A DNA stretch of 64,000 bases from Candidatus Kapaibacterium sp. (GCA_963665665.1 OY762428.1:2784001-2848000); one strand, 5' to 3'. Shown: positions 49,858 to 59,433, numbered from the stretch's first letter. Numbers and translations are program-made. Notes: generated by a model not told the origin, from the letters alone.

Positions 49858-50084
49858 TTTTTTTGTATTTTTTAAACATCTAACATATTTTTTCTTCATG
49901 CTAAGTAGTAACAGTTACTGTATATGGTACACAATTTCCGGAACTGAGGAACAGCCCGAAAAACAACACAGTTTTTTACTAAATTAAAATTATATTATTT
50001 CCAAACAGCAATATTGGTACGTTGTTTGTAAGGTTTTTGTTAATTTTGTAACTTTATTACAATTAAGGCGATGAAGAAAGACCA

Positions 50085-51470
50085 ATGGCCGGGAAAAAAA
50101 ATAATAATATCAAATCGTGGGTAAAAGTCCTGATAGGATTCTTTTCTTTAATATTTATAATTAGTCTGGTAATTGTTTATTCAATTTATTCATTCCTATC
50201 CGGTAGAAGCGATTCGGATAAGCCGCAGGCTGGCAATATTGTAAGGAACAAGGATAGCCTGAAACTGAATAAGGATATTGATTTCCTGAAAGCTATCGTA
50301 CCGGAAACCGATACCGTTTGCAAGGTTATCAGAATGAGCAGCCGGGCTTCAATGGATGTCCCTTTCGAATTTGATACCGAGGCAGGAAAAACTTACAGAA
50401 GAACTTTCCAGGGCAGAAGAATAAATATTGCAATAACAGGCGTGGATTCCAGGCTGGGCAGCTCTTACAGACACGCCGATGCTAACCATGTCCTTTCGAT
50501 ACTTATCGACAGCGGTAAGATTGAAATGACTGCCGTTCCGAGGGACACCGAAGCAGATGCGGGATTCCCCGATTCTACCACATTCAATATACTTTCCAAT
50601 GTTCGTGCGGCAAAGGGCCGCGAAGCATACCTCGCCGAGATGGCAAAAATTGCCTGCCTTGACAGAATTCATTACCACGTGGAATTTGGTTTCTCGCAGG
50701 CTATGGGCATACTGGAATGGCTCGGCTATAGCGAGTCCGCTTCAACCCTTCAGGTGCTGCGCTCCAGGCGCGGGCTTGGCGGGGATGATTTCCAGAGGGT
50801 ATATAACCAGGCACAGTTTATCAGGCAGATGATGCTGTCGAAGTTTGATAAATTCGAGGGCTTTTTCGGAGAATTGTTTATCCGCGGAGGGTTGGGGCTT
50901 GTTGAAACAAACCTGTCAACATCCAAAGTGCAGGAGATATTCCGCAGCCTGAAAAAAGCAGGCTTCCCACGTTCCGAAGAGGATATCAGCATTAGGGTAA
51001 GGCCAACCCTGAAAATAAAATTTAAAAAATACGATTTTACTGACCAGGCAACAGTACAATCCCTCATGGCAAAAATTGAATCATTCAATACAAACCACGG
51101 CCTTTCGGATAGTATTAAGCACAAATCTGCCTATGATATTCTTACTCCGGTTCTGGATAAAGCCGCCGCAGACACAGCGGAAAGGCCCGCACGCTCGATT
51201 ACGAAGCTTAAAACATATTTCAGGCAAAGAGCATGGTTTCAGGTTCGTGACAAAGCACAAAGGGACAGTGTAAGGGAAAGGTTCCGGGCAATACTGACTA
51301 AGGCTTATATTAAAAGGAACAAACCTGAAAAAGCCGAGCAGGTAAACAGGATTATAAAAAATGAAATTGAAATGTTTAACCCGCCGCCAAAGCCAAGCCC
51401 GGCTATCGATACGGCGGCATTCCTGCTAAGGGACAGCACACTTATCACCAATAATGCGGAGACACTATGA
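50085..51470 (+). CDS. LCP (LytR-CpsA-Psr) family protein
   Basis: N-terminal TM helix, INIAITGVDSR, ADANHVL, AVPRDT, RSRR...DFQRVYNQ. Confidence 0.7.
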   Translation: MAGKKNNNIKSWVKVLIGFFSLIFIISLVIVYSIYSFLSGRSDSDKPQAGNIVRNKDSLKLNKDIDFLKAIVPETDTVCKVIRMSSRASMDVPFEFDTEAGKTYRRTFQGRRINIAITGVDSRLGSSYRHADANHVLSILIDSGKIEMTAVPRDTEADAGFPDSTTFNILSNVRAAKGREAYLAEMAKIACLDRIHYHVEFGFSQAMGILEWLGYSESASTLQVLRSRRGLGGDDFQRVYNQAQFIRQMMLSKFDKFEGFFGELFIRGGLGLVETNLSTSKVQEIFRSLKKAGFPRSEEDISIRVRPTLKIKFKKYDFTDQATVQSLMAKIESFNTNHGLSDSIKHKSAYDILTPVLDKAAADTAERPARSITKLKTYFRQRAWFQVRDKAQRDSVRERFRAILTKAYIKRNKPEKAEQVNRIIKNEIEMFNPPPKPSPAIDTAAFLLRDSTLITNNAETL

Positions 51471-51979
51471 AAACACTGGTTTTTGTCCGCCATGCAAAAT
51501 CAAGCTGGGACAACCCCGGTTTAAGCGATTTTGAACGCCCACTGAATAAAAGAGGAAAAAACGACGCTCCTTTCATGGCAAAACTGATTGCCTCGAAAGG
51601 AATAAAACCGGATATTATATATTCTTCACCTGCAAAAAGGGCCTATACAACCTGTAAGCATTTTGCAAAAGAGCTGAATTATCCCAAAGATGATATTATC
51701 AGAAAACCGCTGATATACGAGTACGGGCCAAATGATATACTAAGAATGGTAGAAAAAAGCGACGATAGGAATAATGTGATCTTTGTTTTCGGGCACAACC
51801 CGGACACTACTCACATGGTAAACTTCCTGAGCGGGGAACATATTGGCAACGTGCCTACATGCGGTGTGGCATGTATTGATTTTGATACCGACAGATGGGA
51901 CAATATCCGGGAAGAAAAAGGGAAACTCCGATTTTTCGAATTTCCGAAGAAATACCCGGACAGGGATATTAATTTTTAG
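51467..51979 (+). CDS. SixA-like histidine phosphatase
   Basis: VRHAKSSW, DFERPLNKRG, SSPAKRA, GHNP, VPTCG. Confidence 0.9.
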   Translation: MKTLVFVRHAKSSWDNPGLSDFERPLNKRGKNDAPFMAKLIASKGIKPDIIYSSPAKRAYTTCKHFAKELNYPKDDIIRKPLIYEYGPNDILRMVEKSDDRNNVIFVFGHNPDTTHMVNFLSGEHIGNVPTCGVACIDFDTDRWDNIREEKGKLRFFEFPKKYPDRDINF

Positions 51980-52277
51980 CCAGCTGCTTTTCCTCGTCGG
52001 TAACTTTATCCCGTAAAATAAAATAGTAAAAGAAAACTATTTCGGGAATAAACAGAAGTACCAGCGACAGGGTATCGCGGTTGAAGTACATTGTGTTCCA
52101 GGCATCGGGATAGATATAAGCCGAAACGGTGCCGGTAATAGCCCATCCGATGGCAAATACCAGGCACAGCACCATAACTGACAGGAATCCGTCCTTCAGC
52201 GATCGCTGCTGCCAGTTTTTTGTAAAGGCATATAAAAAGCCGACAACATGAAAGTGGAAAATTAGTAATTCGATCAT
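51969..52277 (-). CDS. small membrane protein
   Basis: 102 aa with three hydrophobic segments. Confidence 0.65.
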   Translation of the reverse strand: MIELLIFHFHVVGFLYAFTKNWQQRSLKDGFLSVMVLCLVFAIGWAITGTVSAYIYPDAWNTMYFNRDTLSLVLLFIPEIVFFYYFILRDKVTDEEKQLAKN

Positions 52278-52346
52278 CTTTTTTTAGAATTTTAAAAGTC
52301 TTTTACAAAATTGTAAATATCATTTTCTACAAATATTGGAAAAAAC

Positions 52347-52673
52347 ATGCAAAAAGCCTCGGAATTTCGAATTGTATTTGTAACATGCGACTCGCTTTTT
52401 TCTGCCAAGGCAATAGCAAAAGCCCTGGTGGAAAAGAAAATTGCAGCCTGCTGCACTATTATCCAGAATGTTATTTCCGTTTTTGAATGGGAAGACGAAA
52501 TTGAAGAAAGCAAAGAATACCTGGTAATGATAAAATGCCCTGCCTCGAAAACCGAAGAACTCGAGAAAGAGACGCTGAAAATGCACAACTACGAGATACC
52601 GGAAATTATCAGCGTAAGCATGGACGAGGGGCACGATAAATACCTGAAATGGATAGACAGCTGCTGCGCGTAG
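52347..52673 (+). CDS. cutA: divalent-cation tolerance protein CutA
   Basis: LVEKKIAAC, SVFEWE, HNYEIPEII, YLKW. Confidence 0.93.
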   Translation: MQKASEFRIVFVTCDSLFSAKAIAKALVEKKIAACCTIIQNVISVFEWEDEIEESKEYLVMIKCPASKTEELEKETLKMHNYEIPEIISVSMDEGHDKYLKWIDSCCA

Positions 52674-52773
52674 GGGGGATTTCGGTTGAAAATTGAATAT
52701 GCATCGTTCACGGGTGGCTGCAAAGGATTAGATTCTTATGAAATTTTATCCAAATACGGATTCCATGAGCAAG

Positions 52774-52873
52774 AAAATAATTGTAAACAACACCGAATTT
52801 TAATCTCAATTTTTGTTACATTTATATTAATTGTAATAAGAAATCGCTGAAATCGTTTTTTTCGGTAGGTATA
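52774..52873 (+). repeat. ~100-bp direct repeat, copy 1 (leader of the TA pair)
   Basis: aaaataattgtaaacaacaccgaattttaatctcaattttt...gtaggtata; second copy at 53610-53708. Confidence 0.9.
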
Positions 52874-52901
52874 TAAATGAAATTGATTTAAGGAGAGCCA
52901 G

Positions 52902-53123
52902 ATGAAAAATATTGCTTTGATTGAGGAGATAAACAGAAATATCAAATCACTGGATATATCTCGTCTGAATGATATCCTTGATTATGTAAGGTTTATAAAA
53001 TATCGCGAGGATATTGACCCGACTTTTGAGATTCTTGATAGTAAGAATTTTATTGAAAAGATAGAGCAGGGGCTTAAAGAAAAGGCGGCAGGAGATTTAG
53101 TTAGTTGGGATGAAGTCAGATGA
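52902..53123 (+). CDS. putative type II antitoxin
   Basis: 73 aa, AAGGAG RBS, C-terminal IEQGLKEKAAGDLVSWDEV, ATGA overlap with the toxin gene. Confidence 0.78.
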   Translation: MKNIALIEEINRNIKSLDISRLNDILDYVRFIKYREDIDPTFEILDSKNFIEKIEQGLKEKAAGDLVSWDEVR

Positions 53124-53380
53124 ACTTTCTTGTTAATTTAACAGCATCCGCAGCGAAGGATTACAAGAAACTGCCTGAAAAAGATAAATTAATTGTAAAA
53201 AATAAAATAAATATTCTTGCAGAATTTGGACTAAAAACTCCAAATATAAAATCATTAAAAGGCAGATATTTCGGATTATTTCGTTTACGCGCCGGAAATT
53301 ACAGAATAATCTTTGACAGCGAAGGAAATATTATAACAATTATATCAATTCTAAACAGAAAAGAAGCATATAAATCATAA
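53120..53380 (+). CDS. RelE/ParE-family toxin
   Basis: AAKDYKKL, IKSLKG, FRLRAGNYRIIF, NRKEAY. Confidence 0.88.
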   Translation: MNFLVNLTASAAKDYKKLPEKDKLIVKNKINILAEFGLKTPNIKSLKGRYFGLFRLRAGNYRIIFDSEGNIITIISILNRKEAYKS

Positions 53381-53464
53381 TTAATTATATTCATATATCT
53401 ATTTAACAAGTATTTACAAACATGCTTCAGATGGCTGTTTTTCTTTATTCTGACTTTTTCGAAT

Positions 53465-53537
53465 TGTCATTCTTAACAAAGTGAAGAATCCAGTATTCAT
53501 GCAGGTTATGGGCTCTTCGCTGAGTTCAAAGTGACAA
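53465..53537. repeat. REP doublet (TGTCATTC...TGACA)
   Basis: tgtcattcttaacaaagtgaagaatcc...ctcttcgctgagttcaaagtgaca. Confidence 0.75.
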
Positions 53538-53609
53538 CATTGCCAGCTTATGAGACAGCCTCGTCTGTTCCTGACAATTGATTTATGAAATACATCTTCT
53601 TGATGAAGA

Positions 53610-53708
53610 AAAATAATTGTAAACAACACCGAATTTTAATCTCAATTTTTATTACATTTATATAAATTGTAATAAGAAAACACTGAAATCGTTTTTCCAG
53701 TAGGTATA
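53610..53708 (+). repeat. ~100-bp direct repeat, copy 2 (leader of the Rpn gene)
   Basis: About 7 differences from 52774-52873 by eye. Confidence 0.9.
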
Positions 53709-53728
53709 AATTTATAGGCAGTTGAATC

Positions 53729-54607
53729 ATGCGTTATCTCGATCCCAAAAATGACCTGACATTTAAAAAGGTTTTTGGCCAAAACCCTGATTTGCTGAAA
53801 AGTTTTCTTAATGCCCTGATGCCATTTGAAAAAGAGAGGTATATTGAAAGCCTGGAATATCTTCCCCCGGAACTTGTTCCTGTTATACCGGGTATTAAAA
53901 ACTCGATAGTGGATGTTCGATGCGTTGATAACCATGGCAGACAGTTCATTATCGAAATGCAGATGTTGTGGACTGACAGTTTTAAAACACGCGTGCTGTT
54001 CAATGCTTCTAAGGTTTATGTTAACCAGTTGGAAAGAGGAAAAGAGTTCAAATCATTATGCCCTGTTTATTCATTAAACCTGGTTAATGACAAATATTTG
54101 AAAGATGATCCTGAATTTTATCATCACTACCGTATTGTAAATATAGAAAACAGCGAAGACCGTATAGAAGGGCTGGAATTTATTTTCATAGAACTACCTA
54201 AATTCAAGCCTGAAACAATGGCTGAAAAACGAATGGCCGTGCTTTGGCTGCGCTATCTTACCGAATTCGACCACGATAATCCCGCTATTATTAATTATCC
54301 TGAAACGGAAGAGATCCGGAAAGCAATTGACATTCTCGAAGAATCGGCTTATACAAAAGAGGAACTTGAAGTATATGACAAATATTGGGACGCCGTAAGA
54401 GTGGAAAAGGCTTTGAAATCCGATTCAAGGGAACAGGGCAGGAAAGAAGGATTTGTTGAAGGAGAAGAAAAAGGCAGAATTAAAGGTATGCAGGAAAAAT
54501 TGGAAAATATTGTTAAAACGATGGACAAAAATGGTTTTAACAATGAAGACATTGCCTTGGCAACCGGCCTGTCAATTGATGATATAAAGAAAATATTATA
54601 CAAATAA
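53729..54607 (+). CDS. Rpn-family PD-(D/E)XK nuclease / putative transposase
   Basis: YLDPKNDLTFKKVFG, SIVDVRC...FIIEMQ, FIELPKF, EGxxxG repeats, IALATGLSIDDI tail. Confidence 0.92.
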   Translation: MRYLDPKNDLTFKKVFGQNPDLLKSFLNALMPFEKERYIESLEYLPPELVPVIPGIKNSIVDVRCVDNHGRQFIIEMQMLWTDSFKTRVLFNASKVYVNQLERGKEFKSLCPVYSLNLVNDKYLKDDPEFYHHYRIVNIENSEDRIEGLEFIFIELPKFKPETMAEKRMAVLWLRYLTEFDHDNPAIINYPETEEIRKAIDILEESAYTKEELEVYDKYWDAVRVEKALKSDSREQGRKEGFVEGEEKGRIKGMQEKLENIVKTMDKNGFNNEDIALATGLSIDDIKKILYK

Positions 54608-54642
54608 TCGATTAATTCCTTTCATAATTGCATTTACTGTAA

Positions 54643-54813
54643 TATTCCTTATTTGCTACTATTCAGTTTAACTTTGAAAATAAGGAAAATAGCGGAAATC
54701 CTATTAACGGTGATATTACATTGAATTTTTCTCTCTATGATTCAGAAACCGGATGGAATTTAATTTGGGGCACTGAAAGTCATAATGTTACAGTTGAAGG
54801 CGGCCTCCGTTAA
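54643..54813 (+). pseudogene. fragment of a fibre/adhesin-type N-terminal domain gene
   Basis: Open frame ...ENSGNPINGDITLNFSLYDSETGWNLIWGTESHNVTVEGGL* with no start codon; a hydrophobic signal-like stretch lies upstream in another frame. Confidence 0.5.
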
Positions 54814-54916
54814 GAAAAGTAAAAAACATAACATTATTATATTGATTTTTGTAATTATTTTCCGGTTAATTTGTTATTTTAAAACAGACATAATATATTT
54901 TGAGCCGGGAGACTTT

Positions 54917-57340
54917 ATGAGGAATTTTTTCTGCATTCTTTTCACAACATTTATTCTATTGCCATATCTTTCATTTGCCGGACAGAATGACGCTGGCAAG
55001 AAAGACAGCAAGCTTGTAAACGATAATTTCGGTACTGAATTCTGGTTTGGGCTGCCAACATTTTATCTTACCGGGGTTACGCCTGACTTCGTAACAATAA
55101 ACGTTATATCCCAGGGGGAAGTAAACGTTGAAGTAAGCATCGAATCTAAATCATTTCTGGAGCGGAAGACCACCACACCAAACGAAATTTGTACTTTCAG
55201 TATTCCTGCCTCGGTGGCGCTAAGCGGTGTTCGGGATTCTCCGACGCAGGTTATTACCAAAAGCCTATATCCTAAAGCCGGTATCCGGGTTAAATCCGAC
55301 GGGTTGATAAAAGTTTTTGTGGTTATGGAATTAGGCAGTGGTAATCAAAATAAACGCGGTGTATTTCTTTGCCATCCTGTTACCGGCTTAGGCATGGAAT
55401 ACGTTGCTATGGCATATGAGGAAGATCCTATGTTTAAAGCTGTATGGAATGCCACCTGGAGTTCTTCAATTTCAATAACGGCAGTTGAGGATTCAACCCT
55501 TGTAAATTTTACTATGGGCGGCAATAACTACAGCGAAACATCAACAGGATTGAAGCCGGGACAAAGCATCGATACAATTTTAAACAGAGGAGACGTTTGG
55601 GTTCAACAGACAAACAGCAATGGAACGAATATGGATATTTCGGGATCTAAAGTTGTTTCGTCAAAGCCTGTTTCAATTGTCAGCGCCAATGAAAATGCAA
55701 ACATTCCAATTGGCAACCAATATGGCGACCTGATAATTGAAATGGAAACGCCAACCTGTACATGGGGAAATCACTATCTTATGTTTCAGGATAAACGAAG
55801 AAAATTTCCTGCATTAATAAGGGTTGCAGCTAAAGAAAAATATACGGATATATTCCGAAATGGACATAAAATAAGCGAAGTAAGAACATGCGGGGGCGTT
55901 ATCGGGAAAGGCTACCAGGAAATGCGTATGGGGCCTTATATTCAAAATGCTAATCAAATTGCAACCTTTTCCGGTGATAAGCCAATAAAAGTTAGATATT
56001 ATAATAATGGTATCCAGGAGGACGGATCTCCGCTTTTCGAAAATTCGGGGCCATTTATGATAGACTGCCTGCCAATTGAGCAGTTCAGCAAAGAAATATA
56101 TTTCTGCAGGCCTAAACTGGCTGACGGCAGTAATTTCTATGAAAACAGACTCTGCCTGGTCTATCAATCCGACCATAATGGCTATGTTCCGGGCAGTATG
56201 ATGCTGACCCGATACACAAAAGACGGCCCGGTGGAAATGCCTTTCAGGGAAATGTTCGCCTGGCGCGATACTCTGTTCAGCTATAATCCCGGAGGCCATT
56301 ATTATGCTACTCAGATTGTCGATCTGCCAGACGCCGACGTATTTAAAATTACAGCCGACGATCCGTTTATGGTTTATATTTTTGGCGGAGACGGCTATAG
56401 CGGCTATGGTTTTTCCGCAGCAAACCCACTGCTGAACCTGTTTTCTGCTGATACGGTTCCGCCATTGCCCGTATGGACGATGAACGAGGACGGCGACGTG
56501 TTAAACGCATATACTATTGATTATCCGGAGGATGATTCAATCAGGAGTAATATGTCCTCCATACATCTCGTTACCGACAGTTCGTATAATTATGATCTGA
56601 TTTATGACGAATTTACTCCGGGTGTAAGCAGAAGAATTGACTGGGAGCTTGATGTTATTGATAAGAAAAAAAATGCCAGAGCTTACCTGATATTTACCGA
56701 TAAGGCCGGCAATTCCAGCTTCGTGGATGCCAGGTATATTTTTGATTCAGTAGAAGTCGAACCTGTGTTTATTGATTTCGGAAAAGTTTACCCCGACAGC
56801 CTGATTGAAGGAAAGGTAAAATTCATAAACCGTAACGACCAATCAATATTGCTTCATAGCTACTCACTGAAAAATAATGATCAGGGTTTTAACAAAGAGG
56901 ATATTTTCACGGAAATTGACCTTGCCTCAGATGAATCCTGTACAACAACAGTCGGGTTTGTATCCGGGGAATTCGGTGTGCATACGGATACGCTGGTAAT
57001 ACATTATAGGGAAGGCCTGGAAAAATATGTAGTTTTGAGGGCAGAAGTTATAGACCCGAGCGGAATTGGATATTCTCCTGTTTCCCGAATGGAGATATAT
57101 CCCAGCCCGGCAGGAACAAGCGGCGCAATGCTTGATTTTTCGATAGAATCATACGGGAAAGTAATAATAGAAATGTACGACAGCCGGGGCAACCTGATAG
57201 GGAAAATTCAGGATTCATACCTGAACTCGGGATCATACCAGGTAAAAATTCCAACTATTTCGCTAAGTTCCGGAGTATATTTTGTTCGGTTGAAAGCCGG
57301 CAGGGCAGATAAAACGATACCAATAATTATAAATAAATAA
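54917..57340 (+). CDS. IgGFc-binding-domain protein with Ig-like and T9SS C-terminal domains
   Basis: ATG 54917 after GGAGA; DNFGTEFW, PVTGLGMEY, ITAVEDST, ISGSKVVSSKPV, WGNHY, YPSPA...LSSGVYFV. Confidence 0.8.
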   Translation: MRNFFCILFTTFILLPYLSFAGQNDAGKKDSKLVNDNFGTEFWFGLPTFYLTGVTPDFVTINVISQGEVNVEVSIESKSFLERKTTTPNEICTFSIPASVALSGVRDSPTQVITKSLYPKAGIRVKSDGLIKVFVVMELGSGNQNKRGVFLCHPVTGLGMEYVAMAYEEDPMFKAVWNATWSSSISITAVEDSTLVNFTMGGNNYSETSTGLKPGQSIDTILNRGDVWVQQTNSNGTNMDISGSKVVSSKPVSIVSANENANIPIGNQYGDLIIEMETPTCTWGNHYLMFQDKRRKFPALIRVAAKEKYTDIFRNGHKISEVRTCGGVIGKGYQEMRMGPYIQNANQIATFSGDKPIKVRYYNNGIQEDGSPLFENSGPFMIDCLPIEQFSKEIYFCRPKLADGSNFYENRLCLVYQSDHNGYVPGSMMLTRYTKDGPVEMPFREMFAWRDTLFSYNPGGHYYATQIVDLPDADVFKITADDPFMVYIFGGDGYSGYGFSAANPLLNLFSADTVPPLPVWTMNEDGDVLNAYTIDYPEDDSIRSNMSSIHLVTDSSYNYDLIYDEFTPGVSRRIDWELDVIDKKKNARAYLIFTDKAGNSSFVDARYIFDSVEVEPVFIDFGKVYPDSLIEGKVKFINRNDQSILLHSYSLKNNDQGFNKEDIFTEIDLASDESCTTTVGFVSGEFGVHTDTLVIHYREGLEKYVVLRAEVIDPSGIGYSPVSRMEIYPSPAGTSGAMLDFSIESYGKVIIEMYDSRGNLIGKIQDSYLNSGSYQVKIPTISLSSGVYFVRLKAGRADKTIPIIINK

Positions 57341-58319
57341 TGATTGGAAATGTAAGTATCAGCAATAAAGTGAGGGATCGTATGTTTGGACTCCGGGTTA
57401 ATGCTATGTTTAACATAATAAAAAGGCTATCATTTGAGCAGAATATTTCACCGGGATATGGTTAGTCTCAAATTGAGCATTCCTGCTTGTATTCAGTAAT
57501 TTGTATGATATTAACATTTATGGAGTATATTCGGAACATGGATTGACAATTGGCGATGGCAAACATTCCAATCCTCAATTATTTTTCCAAACTGGCTATG
57601 TGGGCTATGATTAATGATTAAAACAATTATAAAAAATGATACATTTTCATAAATATCAACCTGTTTTCATTTCTCCTGTCGCTTGCGTATATTGTGGGAT
57701 GCCCGAAGGATCCCGACACGTCGGGACAGGCGGGGGTGGACTTCCGGAAAAATTCCCCTCGTTGAGGGGTGGCGAGCGCAGCGAGTTCCCGACACGTCGG
57801 GACAGGCAGGGGTGGATTCTTTTTCTTATCCCCCCTTATCCACGAGCTAAAGTACGTGGCAATTGAATTTGACGATGATAATGCTGCATGTCATCCTGAG
57901 CGAAGCGAAGGATCCATTCTTAATGCATTCCCCCTCATTACGAAGTTGTACTTCGTAATGCAGTTTTCTTTTGAAGCTGAGCTTCATAATTCCAAAGTAG
58001 AACTTTGCAGGAAAAATTCATTCCCAAGTTCAACTTGGGAAGGAGGGAATCAGCTACTAAGAAAGATGGATTCTTCGGTCTCAAGCTCCGGAAGCCTGCC
58101 CCTGCCTGCACCGATTTATCGGTGACGTGTCGGGGAATGACAACATAACACCTCATTCTTTTGCTCAGTTTACCCGTTATTCCACCCAAATGAACAGGCC
58201 GTCGGCCTTAATTCCACATCCTGTAGTTTCAATGAACCGGATAATTTCCTTATTTCAACGCTGTTTTGAACCAGAATCCTGATGTTTGGGCTAATTGCTT
58301 GGATTGCAGGGCTTTATAT

Positions 58320-58890
58320 TGCCCTGGCCGGTGGTATTGAACTACTGTTTGGCCTTATTGTAGTGAAATTTGGCCTTATTGACAGCTTGGTTGACCTTAT
58401 TGACAGCTTGGTTGACCTTACTGACAGCTTGGTTGACCTTACTGACAGCCTGGTTGACCTTACTGACAGCTTGGTTAGCCTTACTGACAGCTTGGTTGAC
58501 CTTACTGATTATAATCAATGACTCCGACCAAGGCGTCAATGACTTCGACCAAGGGGTCAATAACTTCGACCAAGGCAGCAATGACTCCGACCAAGGCGTC
58601 AATGCCTTCAAACAAGGCATCAATGACTCCGACCAAGGCAGCAATAAAGCAAAACATTGCTGCAATAGCTTCAACCAAGAGTTCATTATCTTCAACCAAG
58701 ACGTCAATAACTTCGAACAAGGCAGCAATAAAGCAAAACATTGCTGCAATAGTGTCGAACAAGACCTCAATACCTCTGACCCCTCCCAAACCCTCCCCGA
58801 AGGAGAGGGCTTTGAAGAAGAATAAGGCGGCAATGAGTTAGAACATCAGTGCAATAACTTAGACCAAGGCAGCAATAGGTTAAACCATTG
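58320..58890. repeat. fold-back 21-bp arrays of copy B (cttggttgaccttactgacag units, then caatgactccgaccaaggc.. units)
   Basis: 21-nt period on both sides of the central palindrome; interrupted by a REP at 58779-58813. Confidence 0.9.
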
Positions 58891-59210
58891 GTGCTTTGCT
58901 TTCGACACTTTCTACCTCCCCCCGCCCCCCTCCTTCGAAAGGAGGGGGAGTTAATTCTATGATATTTAACTTCTTATCCCCTCCTCAGGGAGGAGGGGAA
59001 TACAGGGGTGGTTTTCTTTCTTTGCTTTGGGCCTTTGTGCCATTATCTTCAAACATCGGTGCTTTGCTTTCGACACTTTCTACCTCCCCCCGCCCCCCTC
59101 CTTCAAAAGGAGGGGGAGTTAATTCTATGATATTTAACTTCTTATCCCCTCCTAAAGTAGGAGGGGAATACAGGGGTGGTTTTCTTTCTTTGCTTCGGGC
59201 CTTTGTGCAT
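58890..59210. repeat. tandem duplication (168-bp period) of the CCCCTCC/GGAGGGG REP doublet
   Basis: ggtgctttgctttcgacac starts at 58890 and 59058; single copy in element A (22927-23030). Confidence 0.9.
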
Positions 59211-59433
59211 TTATCCACGAGAAAAAGCATCGGAATATACTAAGGGTATATCAATTGTCAAAGAACTATTGATATGATAAAATATGTTTTAAATGCCCGA
59301 AAGATTGCCGATTGTAATTCTTATTACTGCAAGAATTAATGAAATTATTCTTAATAATACAAATGAAAATCGGAAAAGAAACGATGGTTTCTAATCCGAT
59401 TGTAATTTTAATTCAAGCCACTATTTTGAGTTT

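Larger units (their letters stand above)
57697..59222 (-). mobile_element. non-coding composite repeat element, copy B (inverted relative to copy A)
   Basis: Reverse-complement match to copy A including unique spacer sequence (e.g. 58141-58370 vs 23880-24115); contains both 21-bp arms around TGATTATAATCA (58506-58517). Confidence 0.7.

Noticed and set aside
54785-54916. N-terminal extension of the IgGFc-domain CDS given in the ORF track
   Set aside because: ATG 54917 has a GGAGA RBS and starts a normal signal peptide; the upstream part overlaps a gene relic.
57341-57640. possible gene fragment (...YGVYSEHGLTIGDGKHSNPQLFFQTGYVGYD*)
   Set aside because: Short, no start codon and no family recognised; cannot be supported without a search.
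57636-59243. ten short ORFs across element copy B
   Set aside because: All derive from REP and 21-bp repeat sequence and mirror the spurious frames of copy A.
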